From Nitrosopumilaceae archaeon (GTDB taxonomy: Archaea > Thermoproteota > Nitrososphaeria > Nitrososphaerales > Nitrosopumilaceae): a stretch of DNA of 64,000 nucleotides. The stretch is from contig OZ242376.1 of assembly GCA_965209085.1 (NCBI GenBank), positions 896,001-960,000 of the forward strand, in the 5' to 3' direction. A program made the translations under genes and the position numbers. Below are positions 31,326 through 41,507 of the stretch, in pieces. Position 1 is the stretch's first letter. Each line of letters starts with the position of its first letter. The notes beneath the pieces were generated by a model. The model searched no databases, had not been told where the DNA came from, and saw nothing but the letters and a program-made list of their open reading frames with translations.

Positions 31326-32000
31326 ATGCACGCTGTAATTTTGGCAGGAGGCAAGGGAACACGACTTCGACCAATAACTGACTGTATACCAAAAGCGTTG
31401 GTTTCAGTAGGCGGCAAACCCATACTAGAGTGGCAGGTATTAATGCTAGCAAAATCGGGCATACGAGACATCATAATTGCCACAGGGTACAAAAGTGATC
31501 TTATCGCAGATTATGTAAAATCACGCGACGGATTTGGATCAAATATTACAATATCTTATGAGAAAACTCTGCTGGGGACGGGAGGCGCCATAAAAAAAAC
31601 TGCAAAAAGTATCAAAGGCAAATCCTTTATCGTGTTAAACGGGGACATACTCACAGACATCCGCATATCTGACATGTTTAAAATGAACAATTCCCTGGCC
31701 GCGGTTCAAATGCCGACAAAATACGGATTGTTGGACATAGTCGGAGATAAAATACAGGAATTTAACGAAAAAGGTGTGTTATCAAACGCGTGGATAAACG
31801 GCGGAATTTACCATTTAGAGAAAAACATGATGGCAAAAATTCCATCAAAGGGCAATATCGAAAGTACCGTTTTTCCACAATATGCAAATGCCGGAAAACT
31901 GCACGTGATAAAATTTGAATCAAAATCCTGGTTTTCAATTGACTCTCACAAAGATCTTGAAACATGTTCTACCATAGTGCATAAAATGATAAAATCCTAG
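31326..32000 (+). CDS. sugar-phosphate nucleotidyltransferase
   Basis: ILAGGKGTRLRP..PK and LGTGGAI motifs. Confidence 0.92.
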   Translation: MHAVILAGGKGTRLRPITDCIPKALVSVGGKPILEWQVLMLAKSGIRDIIIATGYKSDLIADYVKSRDGFGSNITISYEKTLLGTGGAIKKTAKSIKGKSFIVLNGDILTDIRISDMFKMNNSLAAVQMPTKYGLLDIVGDKIQEFNEKGVLSNAWINGGIYHLEKNMMAKIPSKGNIESTVFPQYANAGKLHVIKFESKSWFSIDSHKDLETCSTIVHKMIKS

Positions 32001-32137
32001 CATCCGTGCATGTGCAAGGTGGTCATAATATAGGCAATTTCGGATGTAAATTCATCATCATTGCTAAATTTTTTGGCATATTTTGATGCGCATCTAAAAA
32101 ATTCATTCGCTGTTTGTCTGCATACTTGATTGTCCAT
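31997..32137 (-). CDS. 46-aa hypothetical protein
   Basis: Manual translation MDNQVCRQTANEFFRCASKYAKKFSNDDEFTSEIAYIMTTLHMHGC; CTAG stop overlap. Confidence 0.45.
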   Translation of the reverse strand: MDNQVCRQTANEFFRCASKYAKKFSNDDEFTSEIAYIMTTLHMHGC

Positions 32138-32188
32138 GCCTATATTTTCACGCACAGCTTATAATGTCTAACGCGGGAAAACAATCCC

Positions 32189-33169
32189 GTGAGGATATCA
32201 TATAGTCTAGGTTCAGTTTTAAGCATTAATGATGTAATTGAATGTGCAAAATACATAGGCAGTATGGACTCTCAGCCAGATACAATATGGATTCCTGAAA
32301 CGTGGGGAATGGAAAATTTTTCAATGACTGCAGCAGTCTCACAAATGGCGCCCGGACCGCGGATAGGATCCTCGATAATCAACGTATACTCACGATCCCC
32401 AGCGCTCGTAGCCATGGGTGCTGCAACAGTGGATACTCTCTCCAAAGGGAGATTTGTTCTAGGTCTTGGGGCAAGTAGCAGGCCGATAATTGAAGATCTT
32501 CACGGTACAAAATATGCATCGCATATTGAACGCATAAGAGAATACGTGGATATTGTAAAAATGGCATTCTCTGGCAGGCAAATAGATTATGATGGAAAAT
32601 TCTTCAAACTGCAAGGTTTTAAAATACTTGTAAAACCGCCACAACCTAGCATACCCATATACCTTGCGGCAGTAAATAAAAAAATGATAGACCTGTGCTG
32701 GGATATTGCCGATGGTGTAATTTTTTACCTGCGTCCCACATTTGAGATAAAAAACGTTGTTTCACGCATGCAATCAAAGAAAAAAATAGACGTATCATGC
32801 CAAATAATTACCGCCGTATCTGATGATGTAGAAATGGCAGCACAACGGGCAAAATCAACACTGGCATTTTACGTGGCAGTTGGAGCCGTGTATAGAAATT
32901 TTCTTGCAGATAACGGGTTTGCAGAAGAGGTTGGCGCAATATGCGAGCAGTATAGTAAAACCGGACTAAAAGATCTGCACAAAACGGTTCCTGAAAAAAT
33001 GCTCCAGTCGTTGACCATTTTTGGATCAGCTGATGAATGCTTTGAAAAGATCAAAGTGTTCTACAATGCCGGCGTGGATTTGCCAATAGTGCAGTTTAAT
33101 CCCGTAGGAGACATTGTAGAATCATTCAAGCTTGCATACTCGGCATTTATTGGCGGAGATAAAAGCTGA
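32189..33169 (+). CDS. LLM-class (probably F420-dependent) oxidoreductase
   Basis: WIPETWG, SKGRFVLGLG and IPIYLAAV motifs. Confidence 0.9.
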   Translation: MRISYSLGSVLSINDVIECAKYIGSMDSQPDTIWIPETWGMENFSMTAAVSQMAPGPRIGSSIINVYSRSPALVAMGAATVDTLSKGRFVLGLGASSRPIIEDLHGTKYASHIERIREYVDIVKMAFSGRQIDYDGKFFKLQGFKILVKPPQPSIPIYLAAVNKKMIDLCWDIADGVIFYLRPTFEIKNVVSRMQSKKKIDVSCQIITAVSDDVEMAAQRAKSTLAFYVAVGAVYRNFLADNGFAEEVGAICEQYSKTGLKDLHKTVPEKMLQSLTIFGSADECFEKIKVFYNAGVDLPIVQFNPVGDIVESFKLAYSAFIGGDKS

Positions 33170-34281
33170 ATTCTGTCGCATGCGCAGCATATGGCGGAAC
33201 GCGTTTTTCATTAAAAGGCGATGTAAAATCACACATGTTAAAAGCTGCAAAAAATCTTTTTTGTTCAATTCCGACTTTAAATTTGGGGGATGTCAACGGC
33301 GTCATAACGTCCACAAATGAGAATTCAAAGTATCTTGCAGCAGAGATTTCTGAGCTGCTTGGATTATGCCCCAACCATGCATACTCTGTTGAAAATCTCT
33401 GCAGTTCCGGATCCAATGCCATATTTTCTGCATTTTCAAGTATCAGGGCAGGTCTTGCAGACATAATATTGGTTATCGGTGCAGACAGGCATGATGGCCC
33501 TGGCAGGGTTTTGAGCACAGATGTTTCAAGGGGCAGATTCTCCAAACCCGTATACTGGGCATCACTTTTTGCAGCATCATACAGGCGCAAATATGGGGCA
33601 AGCAGGGAACAAATAGCGTCAGTTTCTGCAAAAAATCACCTGTACGCAAAAGATAATCCATTGGCACTGCATTCTGCAGAATACTCCATAACAGATGTTC
33701 TTGAATCAAAAAAAATAACCTCCGATCTGCGAATGTACGAATGCTCTAGAACGTGTACCGGATCTTCTGCCGTACTGCTAGCATCTGAATCTGCGATAAA
33801 ACGCATCGGGTGTAAAAACCCGGCATGGATAACTGGCATTGGTGGCGAATCAAATTCGGCAAGCGTATCGCACATATCTGATTTTTCATTTTTAAATTCC
33901 TCATTTAATGCTGCACAAAAAGCCATGAGCATGGCAGGCATATTGCCAAATAATGTGGACGTTGCTGAAATACACGATGCATTTGCCATCTGCGAACCCA
34001 TGGCACTTGAAGCGCTCAAAATCGCCGGCAGGGGATGCGGTGCAAAATTCTCGCAGGAATTGTATGAAACAGGCAACAAAATGATAAATCCCAGAGGCGG
34101 CCTTATTGGATCAGGGCACCCGCTTGGGGCAACTGGCGTTGCACAAATGGCCGAAATTGCATCCCAAATTACCGGATTTGCCGGTTCAAGACAGGTACCG
34201 GGGGCAAAAATAGGAATTGTACACAACATGTCAGCTGCTGCTACCTCGTCTACTGTTTTGGTGATGAATCGTGATCTTTGA
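33166..34281 (+). CDS. archaeal thiolase (acetyl-CoA acetyltransferase)
   Basis: ENLCSSG, EIHDAF and GHPLGATG motifs; frame open back to CTG at 33166, first ATG at 33235. Confidence 0.9.
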   Translation: MNSVACAAYGGTRFSLKGDVKSHMLKAAKNLFCSIPTLNLGDVNGVITSTNENSKYLAAEISELLGLCPNHAYSVENLCSSGSNAIFSAFSSIRAGLADIILVIGADRHDGPGRVLSTDVSRGRFSKPVYWASLFAASYRRKYGASREQIASVSAKNHLYAKDNPLALHSAEYSITDVLESKKITSDLRMYECSRTCTGSSAVLLASESAIKRIGCKNPAWITGIGGESNSASVSHISDFSFLNSSFNAAQKAMSMAGILPNNVDVAEIHDAFAICEPMALEALKIAGRGCGAKFSQELYETGNKMINPRGGLIGSGHPLGATGVAQMAEIASQITGFAGSRQVPGAKIGIVHNMSAAATSSTVLVMNRDL

Positions 34282-34591
34282 GGATTCAATATCCAAAGGT
34301 GTGTTTGCAATACCATGGTGTTTTACATGCAACAAAGCTTTGTGGCCTCCAAGAGAATCATGTCCTAAATGTCACAAGGATGCAATTTTAAAACCGTCTT
34401 TGGGATGTGGACATATAATGGAATACTCTATGGATGATGGAGGGTATTTTTGTATTGCAGAGTTTGAAACATCTGTTCGTGTGATATGCCGCATTCTTGG
34501 AAATGGCGTACCTGAATGCGGCAAAAACGTGGTTTTAGAAAAATGCGGCCGCGATTCTGATGGTTGTTTTTTTAACGTCCGTCTAGAGTAG
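34271..34591 (+). CDS. DUF35 Zn-ribbon/OB-fold protein
   Basis: CxxC...PPRxxCPxC; adjacent to the thiolase. Confidence 0.88.
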   Translation: MIFEDSISKGVFAIPWCFTCNKALWPPRESCPKCHKDAILKPSLGCGHIMEYSMDDGGYFCIAEFETSVRVICRILGNGVPECGKNVVLEKCGRDSDGCFFNVRLE

Positions 34592-34644
34592 GTTATCTCA
34601 AAATAACCACTAGAATAAATACAAAAATTACAACAAAGCTCATC

Positions 34645-35187
34645 ATGACCAATACCCCCCCAGATACTGGGAAACCCCGCACAAAGGAGGCAAACCATCA
34701 TGCTGCAAAAACCCGCAGACAGCGCGGATATCACTGGGAGGATACTATTGTAAAGCGGTTTAACGCATCAGATGAATGGTCTGCCCTAAGACTTGGATCG
34801 CCAAGTACAAGCCTGCCGGATGTCATGGCGATGAGCACCAAATATGATGCAATATACACAATAGAGGCAAAATCCGGAACTGTTGGGTCTTTGCCTGTTC
34901 CAGCAGATCAGATAGAACGATGTAAAAAAATCACCGATATTTTTGACAAATATGCAAACCGTAAAATTATTTTGGCGTTTAAATTTCTTTCAAAAAAACG
35001 CATAGGGTATAGCAAATACGAATGGCGCCCCATGCGGGAATATTACAAAATATGGGAAAATGATAAAACCCCGCAAGAATGCATATGTACATACGATGGT
35101 CGCACCTACCTTCGCAAAAACGGAAAACAGGTGGATATTACATTAAAAGATTGCAAAATGCCGTTTGAAACGCGTATCGTACTGTAA
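34645..35187 (+). CDS. Hjc-like PD-(D/E)xK resolvase
   Basis: RG..WE, LPDV and IEAKS motifs. Confidence 0.8.
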   Translation: MTNTPPDTGKPRTKEANHHAAKTRRQRGYHWEDTIVKRFNASDEWSALRLGSPSTSLPDVMAMSTKYDAIYTIEAKSGTVGSLPVPADQIERCKKITDIFDKYANRKIILAFKFLSKKRIGYSKYEWRPMREYYKIWENDKTPQECICTYDGRTYLRKNGKQVDITLKDCKMPFETRIVL

Positions 35188-35289
35188 TGCATGCGGTGGT
35201 GCGTGTATTCAAATTTTATACTGTATGGTTTGCACGCATCAAACCGTACAAAGGGAATCATTTTTAAGTACAAGGCGCGTATAACACAT

Positions 35290-35712
35290 ATGGACAGAGA
35301 TGACATTGTACGTTCGCTATTAGAGTCAAAAGAAACGGATTCTGAAAACAGGCAAAGATCCGACCAATTTGCTGACGAACATTTGATTACAAGCCGGGAT
35401 TATAACGGTAATAAAGAATTAAAGATCAAAATAGTAGAAATATCCGACGAGTTGTCACCATCGGCATGGAAACTAGGAAAACGGGCAAAGATTGACAAAA
35501 TACTCGTCACGATAAAACACGTAGAGGAGAAAAAGACAGAAAAGGCCGAATTTGACATAAAGGCCATTGAAAAAGAGATTGTAGAAAAACGCCACTATTC
35601 GTCAACAAACCGCTGGGTTCCAGTATCGGATATTAAAAACGGATACATAGTAGCGACGCGTCACACTAGCTTGATTAGTGATGCAATGGCTTTGGACTAT
35701 ATTGTATTTTGA
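35290..35712 (+). CDS. conserved hypothetical protein
   Basis: ORF with probable ATG at 35290. Confidence 0.7.
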   Translation: MDRDDIVRSLLESKETDSENRQRSDQFADEHLITSRDYNGNKELKIKIVEISDELSPSAWKLGKRAKIDKILVTIKHVEEKKTEKAEFDIKAIEKEIVEKRHYSSTNRWVPVSDIKNGYIVATRHTSLISDAMALDYIVF

Positions 35713-35804
35713 TCTCCGACATGCGGGGCATCAAACGGATCTCATTTGGGCAAATTTTACAACATAAAGGTTTTTAACTCAAAAATCAAATAGTATATCT
35801 GAAA

Positions 35805-36122
35805 ATGATCTCAAAGGACATAAAAGTCAACGGAACAATGTTCAGACTTACGCTCACTGATCAGGTAATCAGCTACGTAAATAATCTGAAAAGTTTGTAT
35901 GAAAAAGCATACGAGGATCCAGAAATGTTCGAGCAGATTAGCTCTGAGATATCCTCTACAATAAACGAAATTTCAACAGCCGTGGAGCCAGAAGCGTCCG
36001 ATAGCGACCTTGATGGTCTCATACAGGAGATTATACGGATTACAGATAGCAAGGCAGCTGAGCTACAAAATGAGGCATCAAAACACGCATCCAAATATAA
36101 AAGATCAAGGGCAAAAAAATAA
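35805..36122 (+). CDS. conserved hypothetical protein
   Basis: 105-aa ORF with upstream TATA-like tttttaa. Confidence 0.75.
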   Translation: MISKDIKVNGTMFRLTLTDQVISYVNNLKSLYEKAYEDPEMFEQISSEISSTINEISTAVEPEASDSDLDGLIQEIIRITDSKAAELQNEASKHASKYKRSRAKK

Positions 36123-36180
36123 CAATAGGGCAGACAATATATGACAGCGTTGCGTATAACTAAAAGGTCGATGAGATGAT

Positions 36181-36294
36181 ATGGCAGGGTGTGAGTGTGG
36201 AATATGCGGGCATTTTTCAGACGATGAATGTCTTAAAAAAGAATGCAAATGTTGCATGAATTTTCATACCAGATCGGGTCCAAAAACGGACTAG
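36181..36294 (+). CDS. 37-aa metallothionein-like Cys-rich microprotein
   Basis: Manual translation MAGCECGICGHFSDDECLKKECKCCMNFHTRSGPKTD; tataac ~25 nt upstream. Confidence 0.7.
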   Translation: MAGCECGICGHFSDDECLKKECKCCMNFHTRSGPKTD

Positions 36295-36386
36295 GCGTAA
36301 CAGCTGCACCTCTTTGCAACATGGCGATGACAGCCGACTAGACGGTGATCATGGCAGCCGCATAAAACACATCGGCGTTTTCTCAT
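36291..36386 (-). CDS. 31-aa Cys/His-rich microprotein
   Basis: Manual translation MRKRRCVLCGCHDHRLVGCHRHVAKRCSCYA; ATGA-coupled to the 36383-36763 gene; CTAG overlap with the opposing microprotein. Confidence 0.55.
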   Translation of the reverse strand: MRKRRCVLCGCHDHRLVGCHRHVAKRCSCYA

Positions 36387-36763
36387 ATATGATCCAACTC
36401 TTCCAGTGTTGTACGCATTTGCTCGGCCAATTTGGATTCTTCAAACGCCTCCAAGATCTTAATACGGATGTTTTTGAGTCGGTTTGGATCGTTGCTGTAC
36501 AGCCCATACAACAAATCTATTTCCCGAGTAAAATCATACTCTGAAAATTTTTTGCATTTTCTTGCCAAATTTTCAAGCGTCATGGTTGGATGTTTTGATG
36601 CATCTATCCTGCCCGCAAGTGCAGCTGCCAGATTTACAGAACGGTGCCATTCACGCCTTATGGTGTCAAGATCACCGGGTTTGTCGGATAACGATATGAG
36701 CGTTTTGTGGGATTGAATTAAATCCTGTATTATGCTTAAAGCATACTCTGAGACTGTAATCAC
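36383..36763 (-). CDS. conserved hypothetical protein
   Basis: 126-aa helical ORF. Confidence 0.75.
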   Translation of the reverse strand: MITVSEYALSIIQDLIQSHKTLISLSDKPGDLDTIRREWHRSVNLAAALAGRIDASKHPTMTLENLARKCKKFSEYDFTREIDLLYGLYSNDPNRLKNIRIKILEAFEESKLAEQMRTTLEELDHI

Positions 36764-36848
36764 GTATTGTTTTTTACCTGCATTACTATAAAGTTAGCCT
36801 GCCGTACGGATATTCTGTATGCTTTAATACCATAAAAAAACCGTATGT

Positions 36849-38180
36849 ATGTTGCATGGCACGTATCTTAGATGCATAGGAAATGGCTGCGGATTAGAGT
36901 ATCCAATAGGGGGAAAACGCGTCGAGTGTGACAAAGGGCATCTGCTGGATGTGGTATACTCGGATGCACCCGCAGTAAAATTAAAGCAGGTATTTCAGTC
37001 TAGAAGAAATTCCAATGGCAATATCTTTGATGAGAGCGGCGTATGGAGATACAGAGAAATGTTTAATTTTTGCCAAATCGATACTGAAAATTACGATGAA
37101 TGCTCCAAAACCATCGTTTCACTTGACGGCTCAGAAGGTAGGCAGTCAAAACCGTACAACATGGCAAGAGTGGCAAAGTATACTGGAGTATCGCCTAGCG
37201 GACTGTGGCTGCAGCCTGAAGGGTACAACCCAAGCGGGTCTTTCAAAGACAACGGCATGTCCACTGCCGTTACCCATGCAAAGATGGTGGGGGCAAAAAA
37301 AATAATATGCGCATCAACTGGAAATACATCCGCATCAGCTGGCATGTTTGCAGCAAACGAGGGGATGGAATGCGACGTATACATACCGGCAGGCCAGGTA
37401 GCTCCTGGAAAGCTAAGCCAGGCGTATCAGTTTGGAGCCCAGATAATCGAGGTTGATGGAAATTTTGATGATGCGCTGCGGCAGTCACTGCACAGTGCAT
37501 CGAAGGGATCAGGATATACTGTAAATTCTATCAATCCGTTCCGCATCGAAGGGCAGAAAACCATCGTATACAGGGCTCTTGAACATCTTAACTGGGAGTC
37601 TCCGGACTGGATTGTGTATCCGGGCGGCGCACTTGGAAACACGTCAAGCTGCGGCAAGGCTCTAATGGAACTGTACGAATGGGGATGGATTAAGAAAATT
37701 CCGCGCATTGCAGTAATTAACGCCGAGGGTGCAAGGACACTTGACGTTTTATACAACAGGGATGATGAGCCGCTGCGGTGGAATGATGGCAGGCCCGATG
37801 AGGATGCAATTGCAGAATATTACGCCAAACTGGATAAAACCGGCTCGAAGCCGAATACAAAAGCTACTGCAATACAAATTGGCAGGCCTGCAAACATCCT
37901 AAAGGCATTGCGCGCTTTAGAGTATACAGACGGGGTGGTAACAACAGTAACGGATTCTGAAATGCTTGATGGTATGTCAGTTGTCGGTCTTAACGGATTT
38001 GACTGTGAAATGGCATCGGGTGCAACGCCGGCAGGAATACGAAAACTGCTTAATGAGGATGTGATTAAAAAAGACGATCGTGTTATAGGAATACTGACAG
38101 GGCGGCAAAAAGATCCGTCCATGCCTGTAGAATATCACAACAACTCTGCAAATGAATTTGCGCACCCTCCACGCATTTAG
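36849..38180 (+). CDS. thrC: threonine synthase
   Basis: NPSGSFKDNG, ASTGNTS and NPFRIEGQKT motifs. Confidence 0.95.
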   Translation: MLHGTYLRCIGNGCGLEYPIGGKRVECDKGHLLDVVYSDAPAVKLKQVFQSRRNSNGNIFDESGVWRYREMFNFCQIDTENYDECSKTIVSLDGSEGRQSKPYNMARVAKYTGVSPSGLWLQPEGYNPSGSFKDNGMSTAVTHAKMVGAKKIICASTGNTSASAGMFAANEGMECDVYIPAGQVAPGKLSQAYQFGAQIIEVDGNFDDALRQSLHSASKGSGYTVNSINPFRIEGQKTIVYRALEHLNWESPDWIVYPGGALGNTSSCGKALMELYEWGWIKKIPRIAVINAEGARTLDVLYNRDDEPLRWNDGRPDEDAIAEYYAKLDKTGSKPNTKATAIQIGRPANILKALRALEYTDGVVTTVTDSEMLDGMSVVGLNGFDCEMASGATPAGIRKLLNEDVIKKDDRVIGILTGRQKDPSMPVEYHNNSANEFAHPPRI

Positions 38181-38294
38181 ATTAAAAATTCAACACAGAT
38201 ACGTTTTGGGATAAAACCACAAAAACCTTAAAAGACACACAAGCGAATGCATACTTGAGCGAATAACGGTGGATTATAATCCAAAAAACAGCAA

Positions 38295-39581
38295 TTGGAC
38301 AAATACACGGGTTTTGCGGTGGATTACTTGGTAGATATTTGGGTAGAAATTCTGCTACTTGGAGTACTAGTTGTTCTTTCCGGGTTTTTTAGCGGCCTTG
38401 AAGTGGCCCTTGTCGGAACATCAAAATCAAAAGTCATGCAGATGTTCAACAAGAATGTAAAAGGCTCAAAGGCTCTGCATAAATTAAAATCCAATCCAGG
38501 ATGGATGATGTCTAGCGTCAATTTGGGCAACAACATGGTAAATGTGGCATCATCTGCAATTGCAACAAGCATATCGTTGAGATATTTTGACAACAACGGT
38601 CTAGCTGTTGCCATAGGAATCATGACGTTTATCATACTAGTTTTTGGCGAGATTACTCCAAAAACATACTGTAATGCAAATGCCACAAAAATAGCACTCA
38701 GATTTGCCCCGGTACTGCTTGTATTCGGATATGTGTTTTATCCCATTGTAAAGATGTTTGAATGGATAACGCGTGCAATGGTGCGCCTTACCGGAAGCAG
38801 TTACGTGCCGCCTCCAATTACAGAAGATGAGATAAAAGACGTAGTCGACTTGGGTCTTGCAGAAAAAGCCATAGAGGAGGATGAGAGGCGGATGGTTCAC
38901 GGAGCTTTGGAGTTTGACGATATCCAGATACGCACTGTAATGACTCCAAGAACAAAGGTGTTTATGCTAAATGCAAAAATGCTGCTTTTTGAAGCGTTGC
39001 ATGACATAAACCTGAGCGGTCATTCCCGCATACCCATATTTGAAAAAAATCACGACGATATTGTGGGTTTTGTGCATGTCCGGGACATGCTCAAAGAAAT
39101 TGAAAATGGTGAAAAAATGGTCACGCTTTCACAAATAGCGCGTGATCCTGTTTTTGCATCCCAGGAGAAAACAGTGGCTGCGCTTTTAAAAGAAATGAAG
39201 GGCCGCAAAGTGCACATGGCAATAGTGATTGACGAGCACGGCGGCGTGGAAGGCCTTGTGACATTGGAGGATCTCTTAGAGGAGATTGTCGGAGAGATAG
39301 AGGATGAGAGTGACAAAACCCCGCAGGTGCAGTATACTCGGCTAGATGAGGATACAATTGTTGCAAACGGTGACATTGAATTAGACGTAATAAATGAGAT
39401 ATTTGGCACATCGATTGCAAAGGGAGCTGATTATGCCTCATTAAACGGACTGTTGCATGAAAAATTAAAAGACATACCGCAGGAAGGTGACAAAATACAA
39501 GAGGGACCGCTTAGAATGGTTGTTGAAAAAGTCCGCGATAATGTTTCAGAACGCGTTAAAATTGAGAAAAAATCTAAGTGA
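38295..39581 (+). CDS. CNNM/hemolysin-family (DUF21-CBS-CorC) transporter
   Basis: SGFFSGLE, FGEITPK and DEHGGVEGLVTLEDLLEEIVGEI motifs. Confidence 0.93.
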   Translation: MDKYTGFAVDYLVDIWVEILLLGVLVVLSGFFSGLEVALVGTSKSKVMQMFNKNVKGSKALHKLKSNPGWMMSSVNLGNNMVNVASSAIATSISLRYFDNNGLAVAIGIMTFIILVFGEITPKTYCNANATKIALRFAPVLLVFGYVFYPIVKMFEWITRAMVRLTGSSYVPPPITEDEIKDVVDLGLAEKAIEEDERRMVHGALEFDDIQIRTVMTPRTKVFMLNAKMLLFEALHDINLSGHSRIPIFEKNHDDIVGFVHVRDMLKEIENGEKMVTLSQIARDPVFASQEKTVAALLKEMKGRKVHMAIVIDEHGGVEGLVTLEDLLEEIVGEIEDESDKTPQVQYTRLDEDTIVANGDIELDVINEIFGTSIAKGADYASLNGLLHEKLKDIPQEGDKIQEGPLRMVVEKVRDNVSERVKIEKKSK

Positions 39582-40620
39582 AATGTTTTTCAAGTTGGGA
39601 TTTTTTCTCAGCCATGTGGAAAAGCGATTCCGTGTGCGATAATGCCTCCTCGTAACTGCGCTCATACAGCATGGCCTGTGCGAGCATGTGGTTTTCCGGA
39701 ATGACGATTCCTGTCTGATCGTCCGAGTACATCATTTGCAAAGTATCCCCTATGGCAATGGTCATGTTTGCATGTATATGCACCATGTTTGTATCCGTAA
39801 AGGAATATCCAAGTGAATCGGCGTATTTTCTCACATCCTGCGTCCCTTTGGCATTTTGTAATACTGCCACGCCAAGCTCTGCTGTGAAAATTTCATGCAC
39901 AGCCTCTGGATTTGGCGCCATATTTGAGAAACGCACGTCTAGTATGTGAAGGTGCATCTGTCTAGTCGGTACTTTGATGGCCCGAAGGAAAAGCGGCGTC
40001 TCTTTTCCCATGTATGCTTTGACATCGTTGGCATGATGGGGTTTTTGGGTCATCTCTATTGTATCAGGTATGATTTTCTCCGTCTGTTCAATGTCGGCCC
40101 ATCTGCGTACCAGCGTCACATCAAACCGGACAAGTTGCCCGCCGTATTTTTCCCGCAGCGGCTGCAGTATTTTACCCATACCGGTTACATTACAGCTGCC
40201 CTGCATGGCATGTTTTCTGCCAATAGCTAGCTTGTGATTTGAGCGCGAATTGTAAAGAAAATCAGATACTGCGTTATCGCCAAACGTGCTCTCGCCCCCC
40301 TGGTATATTGCAGGTATGTTGCGCGGCTCGTAAATATTTTTTTTATTCGCATATCCTGTGCCTCCGGGAGATGCATCAATTACCAAATCGCACGTATCCA
40401 GTGCCGACTCTACGCTTCCGGATATATCCGCATTCTCAAAGTTTCCAAGTTTTGCCTCTGGGACATATACGTTGTAACCTTTGGATTTTGCATCAAGTAC
40501 TCCCTGATCATTTGAATATTTTCCCACGCCGATTAGATCGATTTGTGAGTCCTCGGAGATAAATGCGGTAATACGTTTTCCAATAGAGCCGTATCCGTTG
40601 ACAAACACTCTTTTTGCCAT
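39574..40620 (-). CDS. gap: archaeal type II glyceraldehyde-3-phosphate dehydrogenase
   Basis: VNGYGSIGKR, QGGE and SCNVTG motifs. Confidence 0.92.
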   Translation of the reverse strand: MAKRVFVNGYGSIGKRITAFISEDSQIDLIGVGKYSNDQGVLDAKSKGYNVYVPEAKLGNFENADISGSVESALDTCDLVIDASPGGTGYANKKNIYEPRNIPAIYQGGESTFGDNAVSDFLYNSRSNHKLAIGRKHAMQGSCNVTGMGKILQPLREKYGGQLVRFDVTLVRRWADIEQTEKIIPDTIEMTQKPHHANDVKAYMGKETPLFLRAIKVPTRQMHLHILDVRFSNMAPNPEAVHEIFTAELGVAVLQNAKGTQDVRKYADSLGYSFTDTNMVHIHANMTIAIGDTLQMMYSDDQTGIVIPENHMLAQAMLYERSYEEALSHTESLFHMAEKKSQLEKHFT

Positions 40621-40701
40621 GTGTGTGTTTTCATTCTTCCGCTTAATTAGACTAACGTGCTAAAATAAACGGCTAAATTACGCATATTAGTATTCAATCA
40701 T

Positions 40702-41376
40702 GTGATAATACACGGCTTATCCATGACAATAGGGGCGGCAGTGGCAGTGGCAGTAATGCTTGCAGCGTTTGCCGTATTCTCGGGGGTTGAAAAACCGCTA
40801 AATTTGGTTGATGTGCCACCGGTTCAAATTACAGCCGTATCACTCACAGAGAACGGATCCCCGCCGCTTGGAGATAAAGACGCGCCCATTACCATTGTGG
40901 AATTTGGGGATTATCAGTGTTTTTTTTGCAATAAATTTTACCACGATACGGAAAAAAGATTAATTGCCGATTTTATCGATACGGGAAAAGTTTCATGGAT
41001 ATTCAAAGATTTTACAATAATCGGACCGGACTCTGTAGGTGCGGCCATTGGGGCAAGGTGTGCTACAGACCAGGGCATGTTTTGGGAGTATCATGACGTA
41101 TTGTATGAAAATTGGGATGGTGAAAACAACGGTTGGGCGTCAGCAAAACATCTTGAAGAGTTTGCCGCGCAGATTGGATTAAACCAGAAAGAATGGCGTG
41201 AATGCATCCAATCAGAAAAACATATCCGGGCACTGCAGGCAAGCAACGAGAATGCAAAAGCTCTTGGGATTTCCGGAACTCCAGCTTTTTTCATCATAGG
41301 TCCTGATGGAATAACTGCGTTAAGCGGGGCGCAGCCATATGAGGTGTTTGCCAACGCATTAAACGAGCAAATGTGA
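40702..41376 (+). CDS. DsbA family oxidoreductase
   Basis: N-terminal TM; DYQCFFC, GTPAF and GAQP motifs. Confidence 0.92.
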   Translation: MIIHGLSMTIGAAVAVAVMLAAFAVFSGVEKPLNLVDVPPVQITAVSLTENGSPPLGDKDAPITIVEFGDYQCFFCNKFYHDTEKRLIADFIDTGKVSWIFKDFTIIGPDSVGAAIGARCATDQGMFWEYHDVLYENWDGENNGWASAKHLEEFAAQIGLNQKEWRECIQSEKHIRALQASNENAKALGISGTPAFFIIGPDGITALSGAQPYEVFANALNEQM

Positions 41377-41507
41377 CAAATGTGCGGTAAACTAGTACAT
41401 TATGCGGTTTTTTTGAATTTACATGCGTGCGTACGGGCATATTTTGATCGCATTATGCTTAAATACTCTAGTGATCTTTATAAACAAATTTTTTGATTCA
41501 CGGGTAC

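Noticed and set aside
33636-34316. Long antisense ORFs (also 4143-4742, 4854-5417, 656-1198)
   Set aside because: Shadows of well-supported genes on the opposite strand.
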